Positions 35,678-50,736 of a stretch of DNA of 64,000 bases are shown here, piece after piece. Made by a program: the position numbers and the translations under genes. The stretch is from positions 105,958,001-106,022,000 of the forward strand of contig NC_043004.1 in the NCBI RefSeq assembly GCF_006345805.1, written 5' to 3'. The DNA comes from Octopus sinensis (lineage: Eukaryota). The notes under the pieces are model-generated. The model saw only the letters and a list, made by a program, of their open reading frames with translations, was not told the origin of the DNA and did not search any database. Positions within the stretch are counted from its first letter, which is position 1; each line of letters opens with the position of its first letter.

Positions 35678-37984
35678 AGGAACAATATCATTAGATTACC
35701 AAACAAAGCAGCTGTGAACTCATCAGTATTGTCGTGGTCGCTGTCGCCATCATCGTCGTCGTCATCATCATCAGCACCTCCACCACTACACCAACGCCAT
35801 CACCATCACTGCCACTATCATCATCATCATCATCATCATCACCGTCATTGCTGCCATCATCATCATCATCATCAATATCATCAATAGTTCCATTTACCTG
35901 ACTGGTCTAATCATAAGACTGCCTGAAAAGCAACACCATGAATGGCGTAATCATGCTGGATAGATGGGGGGGGGGAGATCAGTCTGAAGAGATTGGTTAA
36001 AGAAGTCAATCAACATTTCGTGTCCAGAGGAATTATCCTCAAAATATTTTTAAAAACAAAAAAACTGCCGTTTCCGTGATGTCAGATTTGTACAAGAAAC
36101 AATTCCTAATGAATGCCCCCTCCCCCACCTGCTGCCTTTTCTTTTTTCAGCTAAATGTTTGTAATAATATGTCATTCTATGGAATTATTCCATTCATAAC
36201 AAAATACCATTTAATGAATCAGCAAAAAACCCATAACCGACTTCCTCTTTGAGAATCATAACTCTAGAATTTTCTCCTGAGATTTTTTGTTGTTTTTTGT
36301 TTATTTTTTTTTGTTTTCTTTTTGGTTTTAATGGAGAACTTCTGAAGTATTTCAAGAGAGAGTTTGTTTATACTTTTGTGTTTGGTTTTCCATCGAGTTC
36401 TTCTTACAGAAATACCATTAACGATTTTATGGTTGTGCCCACTCCTATCGCGTGTGTATGTTTAAATGTGGACACATGCATGTGTGGGTATGTATCTGTA
36501 CACACGTGCACGTGCATGTGTGTGTGTGTGCTTATAATTATTGATGCTCGCTTTATTGCACAAAGATCACGTTTTAAGATAAGAACCATAGACTGTGACA
36601 GTCAATAACATTGCTTAATATGAATAACAATAAGAAAAGCCAGCCTTATAGATTATTGATGTCAAGAAACTAGACAACACCTTATATTATTAACAGGATA
36701 GGGCAAGCCTGTGAGAGGGTCTCTGCATTATCATTTCTTCTGCTAGAAATAACAGCAAACTCTATCTGAAATCTAAAAATAGAAAATTCACATTAGATAA
36801 TATTGTTTGAGGTACTATGTCTGAAGAAAAAACTCTAATGAAATGGTCACAGCAGGAATGGCTATGATCATTGGTCTATTCAACCAGGGCTGATCTGGGA
36901 GTAAACAACAACAATAAACGAATGGGTTGCAGTAGATATATGGGAACTAAAAATAGGAAACCTGTTCATATCTAGGAGGCAAGTTGTAGCTTGATACTGA
37001 CCATATTTGGCCTAAATATTCTGTTTTAGGTTCAAGCTGACCAGATGCAGCTTCTCACACCTACCTTTCGATGTCATTCTAAAATAAACAATCACATAAT
37101 CAAAATCTTCAAGCTACAAGATAACGCATGATTAATTCAAAGCAATGTGAATAAAATAAGCATTACATTTGGCAGAATAATCTGAATGCTTAAAGGTTAA
37201 TCTAATGGTGTTTACAGATCATGGCTTTGAACTGTAATCAGTCTCAATCCAAATGCATAGTAACCTTTCTCACTTGAAAAGTTTCCATTGGCTCTGTTGA
37301 TTGCACATATCAGGGCTCTACCATTGCACATATCAGGGCTCCCGTTATTATAAGCAATTTGAGTCCATCCTGTGCCACTGTTCACTTCTTCAATAGATTA
37401 ATATACTCTACACTATGGAATATTGTTCTCATATCAAGGATAGGGCTTCTCCTTTGATTACTGGCACCCTAGAGGATATTCTGAAAAAGAAAATATCATC
37501 TACATACATCTACATCTATTGTTAATCCATCCATTGGCCCTTGGAAAATATTGAAAACCAAAACACAAACCCCTTCGTTTTATTAACTCTTCCACTGTTA
37601 CCAATATTACTTTGTTGTCTTTTTTTTATTTTAATAACATTACTTTATGACTTTTTCTTACACTGCTTCATTAAGCAGTTCCAAAAGTGTTTTACTCTCA
37701 CTCTCCAGCCACTGTATCAAATCAGGGTCTACCACCCATGAAAAAACGGCAGTAGTTGCCTTGATTTAAAGGATACCACCCCCATCTCACCCACACACTG
37801 CTCCTGCCAATGCGAATGGGAAGGAATTATTTCACACACACACACATGGCTGCTTAGTGAGAAAGAGAAACCCTGGAAATAGAAAGAAAGAGAGAGAGAG
37901 ATTCAGGTGTTACCGTTTGTTTATTAGGTCAGGTGAAAGAGTAGCTTGCTTGACTACCTGTGTTGTGTGTTTGCTTTTTTTCCT

Positions 37985-38046
37985 CCCTCTATTGGCCAAG
38001 CTAACCAGGCTTTCAGTTTGTCAACTAGCCGCGGCCATCTCTCCAC

Positions 38047-38083
<37 letters not shown>

Positions 38084-38376
38084 CTTTTTTTGTCATTAAA
38101 CTGATTTTTTCACTCAATCTTTTTCTTTTTCTTTGTGTCCCTCTTCTTTAATTTCTTTAGGTTATTCTGCCCCACCCAGTTTCCACACTTTCTACATTAT
38201 TCTTTTCTATGTCTGAAATTCACACCCTTCACTCTTACTCCTACTACTTCACTCCTCCCTATTTCTTTTGTACACACTACATTTTTTCCCTCATTCACCC
38301 TCTATTAATTATCTACCTGTCTATTTTTCTACTTATTTATCTACACACATATTTCTGTCATTGTGCTGAAGTATGT
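37985..38376 (+). promoter_or_regulatory. candidate + strand promoter and 5' non-coding exon
   Basis: ATTGG at 37991, Inr-like TCAGTT at 38013, GCCGCGGCCATCT (YY1-like) at 38028, strong acceptor at 38160, donor GAA|GTATGT at 38371. TE-poor island. Confidence 0.3.
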
Positions 38377-39161
38377 GGTTCAAGCAGCCTGTTCAGTTGC
38401 TTCCAAAGACCTCAAGACCTCTGCATAATTTCATAACACTCCAGAAACACAATACTTCACAATTCCACCTTACTTCCAAATGCATTTAGCTTTTAACATT
38501 TGAGTACTATAGAACTTAACACACCAGCAAAACCAGTATCACCTTATATATATATATATATTACATATATATACACACATATATATATCTATATATATAG
38601 ATATAGATATATATATACGGATACAATTATAAATATTATTTCTGGTTTTGTACTGAACAAATTTACAGTTATTGGACTTCTTTAACATTTCATCTCAACG
38701 TTTTATGCAGCAACAGTACATCACAAGTAAAAGATTCGTAATCGGAGTTTATAGAATGGATTAAATACCTTTGAGATTTGTTTGTGTGAGTGTGCTCAAT
38801 CGTGAAGGATTCTTTCATTTTCCAGAAAAAAAAAAAAAATTTTGTTAACACACACACTCATTTAAAGTACACAAAAAAAAAAACCCCTCAAAGAAAATAT
38901 AAAGTAAGTGTTTAACCACTATATTTCATGCATTGCTAATTGGAATACCTTGCAATATTTAGTTTAGGCTCTTTGTGTTCTGAGATCAAATGCCAATGAT
39001 GTCGGCTTTGTCTTTCATGTTTCCAATGCAAAAATAAATAGAAGAAAAAATGTAATTGTCGTGTTCTAGGGATGACAAAATCATCAACGTCTCTCTTCTG
39101 AAAATTTGTGGTCTTGCACATTTGTTAGAAATTATTGTTATTATTATTATCATCATCATCA

Positions 39162-39199
<38 letters not shown>

Positions 39200-39569
39200 T
39201 ATTATTATTATTATTATTATCATCATCATCATTATTTTACAGTATTCATTTCTTTTGACTCTTTATGTTCTTCAATTCAAATTCCGCTAAGGTCAACTTT
39301 GCCTTTCATCTTTTCAGAGCCGATAAGATAAAGTACCCGTCACATACTTGAGTCAATGAAATTGATTAGCCCCACTCCTCATAAAATTGCCAGCCTTGTA
39401 CCAAAATTAGAAAGAATCATTCTGTAATATATTTGAATGTTTCCTTTCCCTCAATCGTGCAGTGAAAACACTGCATGTCTTATATCCATGCAGGGCTTTA
39501 TTTTGGTTTTCTATTTTTATTACACAGTACCTTGTGGTGATAATTTTTATGTTATATTTATTTATGATT

Positions 39570-39900
39570 CCTAGGTTTTTTTTTACTTTTGGTTATGTCT
39601 GTTTTAATCTTTCCCAAGATACTTATTGTTATAAAATTGTTTCAGTTTTCAGTCCCCACGTGATTATCTCTTTTTCTAGATCTTGATATTTAGATAATTT
39701 CTCAATTTCAGTACATTATTGTCAATTGGAAGAAATATGTTTTTTACGGGGTATTTCTCTTGCCACTCCATGACAATAATATCTGGCTGATTAACATTGA
39801 TCTCCCAGTCTATATAGATTGCTATATCTCAGAGAATGTTTGCCTTGTCATTCAATCAGAACCAATAGTCTCAAATAAAATGCCTTGCAGTGTCCATTAC
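39570..39900 (-). pseudogene. R4/Dong-like RLE endonuclease fragment
   Basis: NDKANIL*DIAIYID.EINVNQPDIIV...IDNNV...EKLSKYQDLEKEI..WGLKTETI matches the ILWD...TD..I..NRPDI...K..KY.DL motif. Confidence 0.75.
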
Positions 39901-40264
39901 AACCCTTTTTTATGTTTGAGTTGAAATCCCACTGAGATTAACTTTGCTTTTCATCCTTTCGTGGTTGATAAAATAAAGTAACAATCAAGTGCTAAAGTTG
40001 ATTTAATCAACAAAGGCCCTCCCCCAAATTTTAGGCCTTGAGCCAATGTTTGAAAGTATGGCAGAATCAAATACCTTGTTGTAGTTGTTCCAGTTCTTTA
40101 TATTCTGAGTTCAATTCTCGTCAAAGTCAACTTTGCCTTTCATCTTTCTGAAGCCAATAAAATAAATTACTAGTAAAGTATTGGGGATTGAGTTCATTGA
40201 TAAATCTCCTCTCCTAAAAATTCTGGCATTGTTGGCAAATTAGAAACAGCTGTTGTTGTTATTA

Positions 40265-40306
<42 letters not shown>

Positions 40307-40543
40307 TATTATTATTATTATTTATTTATTAAGGCAGCGAGCTGGCAGAATCGTTAGCATGCCAGGTGAAATGCTTAGCAGTATTTTGTCTGTCTTTACA
40401 TTCTGAGTTCAAATTCTTCCAAGGTCAACTTTGTCTTTCATCCTTTCAGGGTTGATAAATTAAGTACCAGTTGTATACTGGGACCAATTTAATCGACTAT
40501 CCCTCTCCCTTAAATTTCAGGCCTTGTGCCTATAATAGAAAGG

Positions 40544-40612
<69 letters not shown>

Positions 40613-40642
40613 ACTACTACTACTACTACTATTATTATTATT

Positions 40643-41196
40643 GAGTGAAAGAGCAGTACATGCCATCAAAGTGACACTGGGGTAAAATATACGAAGCTCA
40701 GTATACCCATCATGACTACCCGTCTGATAGGGATACACTAGGCACATGCATCACAACCATATGTGCGTGACATGGTGATCTCATATCAAGATAAACAGCG
40801 CATGGCCTTGCATGTGGAGCCCAGTTAGAATTTTCTTCTGGTCGAGTAACCCATACCGCTCAAAAGGTCCCTGAATAAGGATTGTTTAAGGATACTGAAC
40901 GAACCACCTATGTTTTCAGAGGTGAATTATTCAAACCCCAAAGAATTCCTCTCAACACATGGCTATGATGCTCCCCCACTACTTCTGCTCCTGATCAGAG
41001 ATGCACATATTGTCAGCCACTAAGGGACATGCTCAACTGGTTATGGTCAAACAACTGACCAGCAAACCTGTGGTATTGAGCTGAATATCTGCTGTAGCCC
41101 ATCTTTTATACCAAGACAAAACAATGTACATGATAACACTTCCAATCAGTTAAGATCAGAAGCCCCGAGAGCCACTGCCTGGTACTGCATCAAGGC
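40643..41196. mobile_element. second (inverted) copy of the 555-bp TAA-flanked element
   Basis: Reverse complement of 6913-7467, with (ATT)n on both sides. Confidence 0.85.
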
Positions 41197-41197
41197 A

Positions 41198-41254
<57 letters not shown>

Positions 41255-43855
41255 ATAAGGTGGTGAGCTGGCAAAATGGTTAGCGGTAATTCATCTGGCT
41301 TTAGGACGTAGTCATAGCTATGCTGAGTATATGCTTTTGCCAGGATAAATTTTTGGTAATGGTGAGGTTGAGCATTTAAAACATGAGGGTTTTAGCCAAA
41401 TGTCAAGTTCCCAATTATGTGCATGTGTATGAGTGCACGTGTGTGTATTTAAATAAATATATTTGAATGCATATTGTATGTCATACATGTGTGGTGGGAG
41501 AAGCAGTTGTTTACAGCATTTCTGGTACCTTGTCCTTCATATTTTTGCATTTTCCTTCCTCCTTCACTTCCTCTCTCTTTCTCTCTCTCTTTCTCTCTCG
41601 CTCTTTCCCTCCTTCTCCTCTCTCCCCCCTCTCTCTCTCTCTGTCTTTGTCTATCTGTCTGTCTCTGTCTGCCTTTGTCAGTATATCTTTCTACACATAC
41701 ACACACACACTCTCTCTCTCTCTTTCTCTCTTTTTGTCTCTCTCCTCTCTCTCTCTCCTTTCTATTTCTCTCTCTCTCTAGCTGTTTTTCTCCCTCTCTC
41801 TCTCTCTTTCTCTCACACACACACACTTTCTCTCTCTCTCTCTCTCTTCCCACTCTCTTTCTCTCAACTCACTCTTAATACAATTTTAAAACTTTTCTCC
41901 CACTCATCCCTCTCCCTTGTTCTTCTTATTTCCTTCTCTCTTTCCTACTCTCAAACCACCTCCACCACCACTATCCATTCTGTTCCAAATCATTTGTTCC
42001 ATCCCAGACCTCGAATAATTCACAATTAACCCCAACCCAATGAAGAGGCCACTGTGTCATCCGTCAATCTGCTACAGGGAAAGCAGCCAAATCTCTTTCA
42101 CATCATATCTTTTATCTTCTTATACTTGTTTAAATCATCAGAATGCAGCCATGCTGGAGCACCACCTTGAAGGGCGTCAGTGAAACAAATGGACCCCAAT
42201 ACTTATTTCTCTTTCTATGTCTGCCACTTATTCTCTTTGTGTCTTTTATTGGACCCTTAAATTATGGGAATATAAACAAATCAGCATTGGTTGTCAAGAA
42301 GCAGTGGCAGTAGCGGTGGTGGTCGTCACCATCATCGTGGTGATGGTGGGGGTCATCATGGTCGCCATCATTGTGCTGGTGGTGGTGATGGTGGTGCTGG
42401 TGGTGGTGATGGTGGTGCTGGTGGTGGTCATCATGTTCATAGTGGTGGTGGTGGTCATGGTTATCATTGTGTTGGTGGTTGTTGTGGTGGTCATCGTCAT
42501 TATGGTGGTGGTGGTTGTCATTGTCATGGTCATCATTGTTGTAGTAGTGATGGTGATGGTTGTTGTGGTGGTCGTTGTTATGGTTATGGTCATTATAGTG
42601 GTGGTGTTGGTGCTGGTGCTGGTGCTGGTACTGGTAGTGCTGGTGCTGTAGTGGCAGTGGAGAAACAGAAATACAAAGACAAGCACACACATACACTTTC
42701 CACTCACACAGCTGTTGGTCAACTCAACGCTACAGTAAAAGACACTTGCCCAAGGTGCCACACAATGGGATTGAACCCAAATCCACACAGTTGCAAATTG
42801 AGTTTCTTTATCATCCAGCCATTGCTTGCACCAAGTGATCTGGTCACATGCTGACATCTTGAAAAATTGAAAGAGACTTCAGATAATGTATTCCTAGATA
42901 AATAAAGCCTGAGAAAAAGATAGAATGGTCAAAAACTTGATTGGGGCAGATCTAAGACTTGAATAACATGAAAACTAACAAACAATAACAACTATTAATT
43001 AAATGTTCTTTATTTAGACAGAAAACAGAGTATTTTCTCTTAATTAAGATTTCTTCAAATTCTAATTACTCTCTGTTATTTTGTAGCTCTCTATGCCTCA
43101 GCAGGTTCAAATCCCCTTTTAGCTTAACATTTAGTTTACTTATACAAAACAGAAGTAAAATAATAAATATCATTATCATTTTACCATTCACTTTTATCTG
43201 CTTGCATGAATCTGTTTGAAATTGTCGAGGCAGATTTTCTACAACCAGACGCTCTGCCTGTTGCCAACCCTCATTTGTTTCCAATCGAGGTAGTACTTCT
43301 ACATGGCTGGGGAAATATTACGTGAATGACTAGAAATGAACACTGTCATCTTTGTGATCATGATGCTCATTTACAGCCATCACATGATGGCATGTCGAGG
43401 GTACACACAAACACACGCATGCACACACATGCACACGCACACACACACACACACTCACGTATTTTGTTAACAAATTTATAAGCTCCAAGTGTGTCAGTAT
43501 TCTACAGAAAATAAACGAATTATTGAATGCAAGATATCTATGATCATAGCTTAGAAAAATTTGGTAAGCACCATGTTCTAAAGGATATGTTCCTTATTTT
43601 CTAAGCTATCTACACAGTCATCCTGCATTTGAAGATTCCTTTATCATCATCATTGTACCGCCTGACTGGCCCTCATGCCAGTGGCATGTAAAAGCACCCA
43701 CTACACTCTCAGAGTGGTGGGCGTTAGGAAGGGCATCCAGCTGTAGAAACTCTGCCAGATCAGATTGGAGTCTGGTGTAACCATCTGGTTCGCTAGACCT
43801 TAGTCAAATCATCCAACCCATGCTAGCATGGAAAGCAGACATTAAACGATGATGA

Positions 43856-43905
<50 letters not shown>

Positions 43906-43917
43906 AATATATAATTT

Positions 43918-44114
43918 TTATAAAACCATATTAAGAGCAAAAAACGAATCTTATAACAGGCCAAGCTACATGCAGAAAGAAGACGTCAAATAGAGCAAAA
44001 ACTACCTCACATAGACAGGTATGTGAGGTAGTTTTGTGCCATTTGGTGTCTTCTTTCAGTATGTGGCTTGGCCTGTTGTAAGACTTGCTCTTTGCCCTTA
44101 ATATGGTTTTATAA
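43918..44114. repeat. ~95-bp-arm imperfect palindrome within a TA-anchored AT-rich element (to ~44220)
   Basis: ...caaaaactacctcacata gacagg tatgtgaggtagttttg...; the arms extend to ttataaaaccatattaag / cttaatatggttttataa. Confidence 0.85.
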
Positions 44115-44217
44115 ATATGCTTATAAAATTAAATATTCTATTAATTTTTTACCTTAATTGGTTATTACATGCTGATTACCTGATAAAATCAAATATAGAT
44201 TTTGTCCTTAACTTTAA

Positions 44218-44260
<43 letters not shown>

Positions 44261-44558
44261 CAAGCTTGTTTCAGTTTCTATCAACCAAATCCATTTAAGT
44301 CTTTGGTCAATTTTAGGCTATAGTAGGAGACACTCGCATTGCCCTTGATGACACACAGAAGGATTGAACCTAAAATCACAAGGTTGGGAGGCAAGTGTCT
44401 TAATCACACAGCCATGCCTACACATATATCTATGACTGTATGTGAATGAATTCATCTCAGAAAGCTACATCAGATTGGAACCTGGTGCAGCTCCTCAGCT
44501 CACCATCCCTGGTCAAACCACCCAACCCAACAATAGACATTCAATGATGATGATCATG

Positions 44559-44591
<33 letters not shown>

Positions 44592-44813
44592 TATATTAAA
44601 AGTGTATTTCAAATTCAGGAAGCTTAAGCTGATTAGTACCAGCCTGCTTAAGACCACTTATAATTAAAGTGTTTTTATTTAAAATCTCATAAGAATGATG
44701 TCATGAGATTTTAGCCAGAGAGTATCAACAGTTATATATATAAGTAGAAACTTTAGATATTTTTCTAAAAATCCTCCCCAATCTGGATTGTATTGAAAAA
44801 TAATTAAAAATAG

Positions 44814-44847
<34 letters not shown>

Positions 44848-47800
44848 CCAATTTAATCAGTTGATCTAAAGAAAGAGCCTTTTATTCTTCCTTGCTAGTT
44901 TGGACATGCACAGAAGAAGGATATGAAGTAAGCCAAGCTGTTTACCAGATTTTCATTCCATGTGGAACTATTATACTAAGTCATTCATATTTTGGGATCT
45001 TCCTTTCATGTTTCCATTATATGTTGCATCTTTAAGGTGCTGTCAAAGCAAGAATCTTTTATCTTTTGCATGTTTCAGTCATTGGGCTGTGACCATGCTG
45101 GGGCACCGCCTTGAAGGGTTTCGGTTTAACGAATCGACTCCAGTGCTTATGGTTTTTTTTTGTTTCTCGTTTAAAGTCTGATACTTATTCTATCGGTCTC
45201 TTTTGTCAAACCACTAAGTTACAGGGACATAACCAAACCAGCACCAATTATTGTGGAGAACAAACACAATGATACACACCTGCCCATATACACACACACC
45301 CACACACATCATACACACCCACATACATCATACACATACACAACATACACAATGCAGTACATACACACATACACACTCCCACACATCCACATACATCATA
45401 CACACCCACATACATCATACACACCCACAAACTTCATACACACCCACAACATACACAATGCAGTACACACACACATACACATCCACATGCATCCATATAC
45501 ACCCGCACACCCACAACACAACACACACACACACACCAGTTCTTGTCTACCAAATTTACTATCTAAATATTGGTTTGCCAAGAGCTTCAGTGGAAGATAT
45601 TAGCCCAAGGTATCATGCAGCAGGACTGAACCCAGAAACATGAAGTTGCAAGACAAGCTTCTTAACCACACAGCCATGCCTGCATCTATCAGAACATTTT
45701 CTTCTATGTCAAGTCAGACCACACCATAACATCAGGGTGTGACATTTTTATCGTGATATGGCCTGGGAAAACGAGCAGCATTTTTTACTTCAAACCCACC
45801 TGCATCATCCAGCCATTAGTACTGAACAGAAGTCAGGGTGTTGGCTTTCATTTGCTTACATTCCTACATTGTCCTTTCTTAACCTTCTTGTGGAGAACAA
45901 CAGGGTGAAACACATTCTGCTCATTATACAATAGCTCTAGCGTTGTTGTTTTAACCATTTAGCATTTGAACCAGCCAAATCCAGCTCAAATATACTTGTT
46001 TTATGTTCTAAACAACCAGATCCAGCCTATCACGCCTACCCTCCAATGCCATTATAAAATATACAATCACATCATCAAAATTTCAAATGGACAAAACAAT
46101 TCATAGTTAATTAAAAACAATTTGAACAAAAATGTATTACATTTGGCAGAATAATCTGAATGTTAAAGGGTTAAGGCAAAAGTTCTCAACCATTTTTTAC
46201 CTATGGGCCCCTCTAATTCCTATTTTACTTGGGTGGATCCTCATGGCATTCAATGCTTAAAAAATCCTATTAGATTTTCATATTAAAAATTATTAGGAAC
46301 TGTATAAAAAAAACTGTTAAAATATTTTCTGTATTGTAGAAATATAACCTGTTTATTGTACACAAATTCTAGCAACAAAATCTTATATGGACTCCCCACC
46401 CACAAAGGTCATATGAGCCCAAGTTGAGAATCACTGTTTTAGGGCATCAGGAAAGTTAATCAGGACTTGGTTGTGTTACCAGACAAACTTTGCAAGGGAT
46501 GACTTAAATACTGGGAAAGTATATTTCTATGATGCATTACCCATATACTGATGACAGTCAGCCGTATCACTGCAATCCTATCATTTAATAAGGGTCAGGG
46601 ATCGAAAAACACAGGACATACAACTCTCTGAAGGAATCACAAAATCCCAGTTCTATCTTCCATAATATGTCCCGCTGTAGTTTCATGTGTGTGTGCACAT
46701 GTGCATGATTGTATAAGTGTTTGTATGCATGTGCATGTTTATGTATAAATATGTATGTGTGTGTATCAGAGGGTAAAAAAGGGTAAAGACCCCTTTTGAT
46801 CATGAATGACAGTGAGATTGCACCTAGAATGTTCTCCTCCAAGGCTCAAGTCTATAGAAGACCAGCCACTGCCCATGTATACCAGCCTCCTCTCTCTATG
46901 CCACTGATGTTATCCAAGGGAAAGGCAAAGGGGCTAATACAGCTTGGCACCAGTGACATCGCAACTCATTTCTATAGATGAGTGAACTGGAGTTATGTGA
47001 AACAAAGTGTCATGCTCAAGAAGACAACACACAACCTGGTCCAGGAATCAAACTCACTATTTTATGATTGTGAGCCTGAAGCTCTAACCACTGAACCATG
47101 TGCCATCACTTCTGTGTGTATATACACATACATATTCATACATAGAAACACTTATATAAATATATAATCACGTATGAATATTTTATTCATACTTAAACCC
47201 AGAATTATGTGCACAAATTTACACATTCACACATACATACACTCACACATACATATCTACATACATACATGGTTATAATTAAGCAATCACTTGTGACATT
47301 TCAGTTTAAAAATAAAATCTATATTAATATATATACTCACACATTCACATGTACACACACACAGGCAAATATGTATGCAAATACTCACCTTTATGCAATT
47401 TATGTTTTTTTACTGTCTGGTTCATATATCCATTGATTTTGTGAATTTATTTATGTATTTCACATTAAATAAAAGCAACAATGATACACCTGTTTTGTAT
47501 GCTTTCATAATAATATAAACTATTTAGAGATAATAACTCGGTTAATGAAGGTCAGTTTCATTAGAGTACAGCTGTTAGCATGCTTGCTTTGTCAGTTGGA
47601 GCACAGTGTTGAGCACTCATCTTGTGGAAAATGTTGCATACTTCCTTCAAATTTCATATCTTAATACACATATACACAAACATATATACATACATATAAG
47701 CGCAGGAGCGGTTGTGTTTCTGAGTAGCTTGCTTACCAACCACGTGGTACTGGATTCAATCTCACTGCATGGCACCTAGGGCAAGTATCTTGTACCATAG

Positions 47801-48125
47801 CCTTGGGTCAAACGAAGCCTTGTGATTTGGTAGATGAAAACAGAAACAAGCCCGTTGTGTGTGTGTGTGTGTTACATATATTTGTGTGTCTGTGTCTGTC
47901 CCCATGTCCCCACCAACATTGCTTGACAACTGATGCTGATGCGTTTACGTCCCCATAACTTAGCAGTTCAGCAAAAGAGGCCAATAGAATAAGTACTAGG
48001 CTTACAAAGAATAAGTCCTGGGGTTGATTTGCCTGACTAAAGGCGGTGCTCCAGCATGGTCACACTCAAATGTCTGAAGCAAATAAAAGAATAAAAGAAT
48101 ATATACATACATACATATGTACATT

Positions 48126-48167
<42 letters not shown>

Positions 48168-48240
48168 GTGTAGGAAGAAATGGAGCTGAACGAAGATTTA
48201 ACAAAATTCCTTTTATTATTTTCTACTTCAATATATAATA

Positions 48241-48300
<60 letters not shown>

Positions 48301-49085
48301 GAGTGAGTGGACAAACAAACGAAAGGCACTCAACCAATTTATTGGGAGTTACACATGTGGATCAAACCAGTTTGATTCAAATTCATTGAAACTCAAGAGT
48401 ACCAACGAATTTGAATCAAACTGTTTTGATCCATATATATATATCTAATTGTTGTTTCTCGTGTTCACCTATGTATCACCTATCTGTCTGAATGTTCTAT
48501 TGTCTTTCTTCTATTGCTTTTTTGTACCTCCTCTACAGCTAGACACCTGTTTCTGTGTCTGTCACAGTCTAACCTTTCATCATCTGACACAAAATCACCT
48601 CCTCCAATGCCCCCTCTCCTCTCAAAGATTCTTTGTCTTGCAAGTTATTTGGTGACCCTGTCAGCGCTGATGCCACATGAAAAGCATCCAGTCCACACTG
48701 TAAAATGGTTGGCATTTGGAAGGGCATCCAGCAGTAAAAATCATGCCAAAACTGACCTTGCCTGTGCTGGTGCCACATAAAAACACTCAGTCCACTCTGC
48801 AGGGGGGTTGGTGTTAGGAAGAGCATCCAACCATAAGCACTATGCCAAAAGAGACACTGAAGTCTGGTGCAATCTTCTTCCTAACCAGCTCCTGTCAAAC
48901 CCTCCAACCGATGCCACCATAGAAGGCAGACATTAAACAATAATGATAATATATATATATATAAGTTTACTTCACATTCACATTGTTTCAGGTTCAATCC
49001 CACTGCCTGGCACCTTGAGCAAGTGTCTTCTACTGATGCCCCAGCCATGCAATCCCTTGTGAATAGATTTGGAGATGGAAACTGA

Positions 49086-49116
<31 letters not shown>

Positions 49117-49677
49117 TGCTTGTCTCCCCACTACTTGGTAACTGGAGTTGTTTTGTTCACATACCTATAACTTAGCAGTTTGCCTAAAGAGACCAATAGA
49201 ATAAGTACCAGACTTTAAAAAAGCAAGTACTGGGGTCGATTTGCTTGACTAAAACCCTTCAAAACAGTGTTGTGTGGTATGGCCATGGTCCAATGAAAGA
49301 AACAAGTGAAAGATAAAAGATACATACAAATGTATGGCTGTGAAATAGAACAGATTTGTTTAACCATTGAAAACAATGCCTTGTGGTATTTGTTTAACCC
49401 TTTTGCATTGTGACTTCAAATCAGGTATCAGTCAAGGGCAGAGAATTCACCTGATCGTTAAAGGGTTGTTTGAAGTGCTTCGTAGTACTTATTCTAGCTT
49501 TTTGCAGTCTGAAGGTTACACTTACAACCAATGCAAGTGCCAAAGCTGCGTTGGCCTTGCCTTTCTTTTGGTCAGCAACACTGGTGTGGTGATAGAAGAT
49601 TATTAGTGTTGAAAAACTGTTAGTCTCACCCACCATCATACATACATACATATGTCTGTGTAGATATATATATATCC

Positions 49678-49709
<32 letters not shown>

Positions 49710-50736
49710 GTTTTAACATCCACTTTTCTGTGCTTGCATGGGTCGGACTATACATACGTATATATATATATGTATGTATATGGGAAAGGATATATTTGTC
49801 GGTGTCTATATCATTAGAATGACCACCCAGTTTGATTACATTTTTCCTTCGTTACTTCATACCTACACACCTTAATAATAAACACTTCAGATTTTGGCAA
49901 ATGTTTTTCAGGTTCTGGCACTACTGACATTTCAGTGTGTGTATATATGTGTATGTGTGTATGCACAAGCATGTGCACTTGCGCATATATGTGGACATAT
50001 ATATATTTATATATATAATGCACATCTACATATGTTTACATATATATATATATATATAAAACAGTAATATCTATAGGTATGCATATCTATGTATCTATGA
50101 GCACATGTATACACACACACACATGTATACACATATGCATGCAGATTTGTATGTTACAACTGTGCATGCGTGTGTATATATAATGTGTATATATGTACAT
50201 TTGTGCATATGAACATCCATGCATATGAACATCCATGCATACACACATGTATGTCTACGTATTACTTGAACATGTGTAAGTATGCATGTGGTTGCATGAC
50301 TGTATGTATTAAACGCATATTTTATCATGGCAGTGTTGGTGAAATTTTGGTATTGTATTGGTGGTGGTGTCAGTGGTGGTGTCAGTGGTGGTGTCAGTGG
50401 TGGTGGTGGTGGTGGTGGTGGTGCCAGCAAATATTTCACAAACCTAATATTTAGAAGGTCGTAGTTTAGTTTTCAAAATAAATAATAAAACAAAAAGAAA
50501 AGAAAATTTATTTGAACTTCTTGTTTTTTTCTTGGTTTTTTTTATTAAAAAAGACAATAAAACAAATTTACATAATGTAGAAATTTGTTGAAAAATTTAA
50601 ATATCTGCCTCTTTCCTTCTCTCTCCTCTCTATTCCCCTTTCTTCTGTCTTTCTTTCTTTCTTTCCATCTCTCTATGTCTTTTTCTCTCTATCTCTCTAT
50701 CTTCATCTCTGTGTATGTATATATATATATATATAA

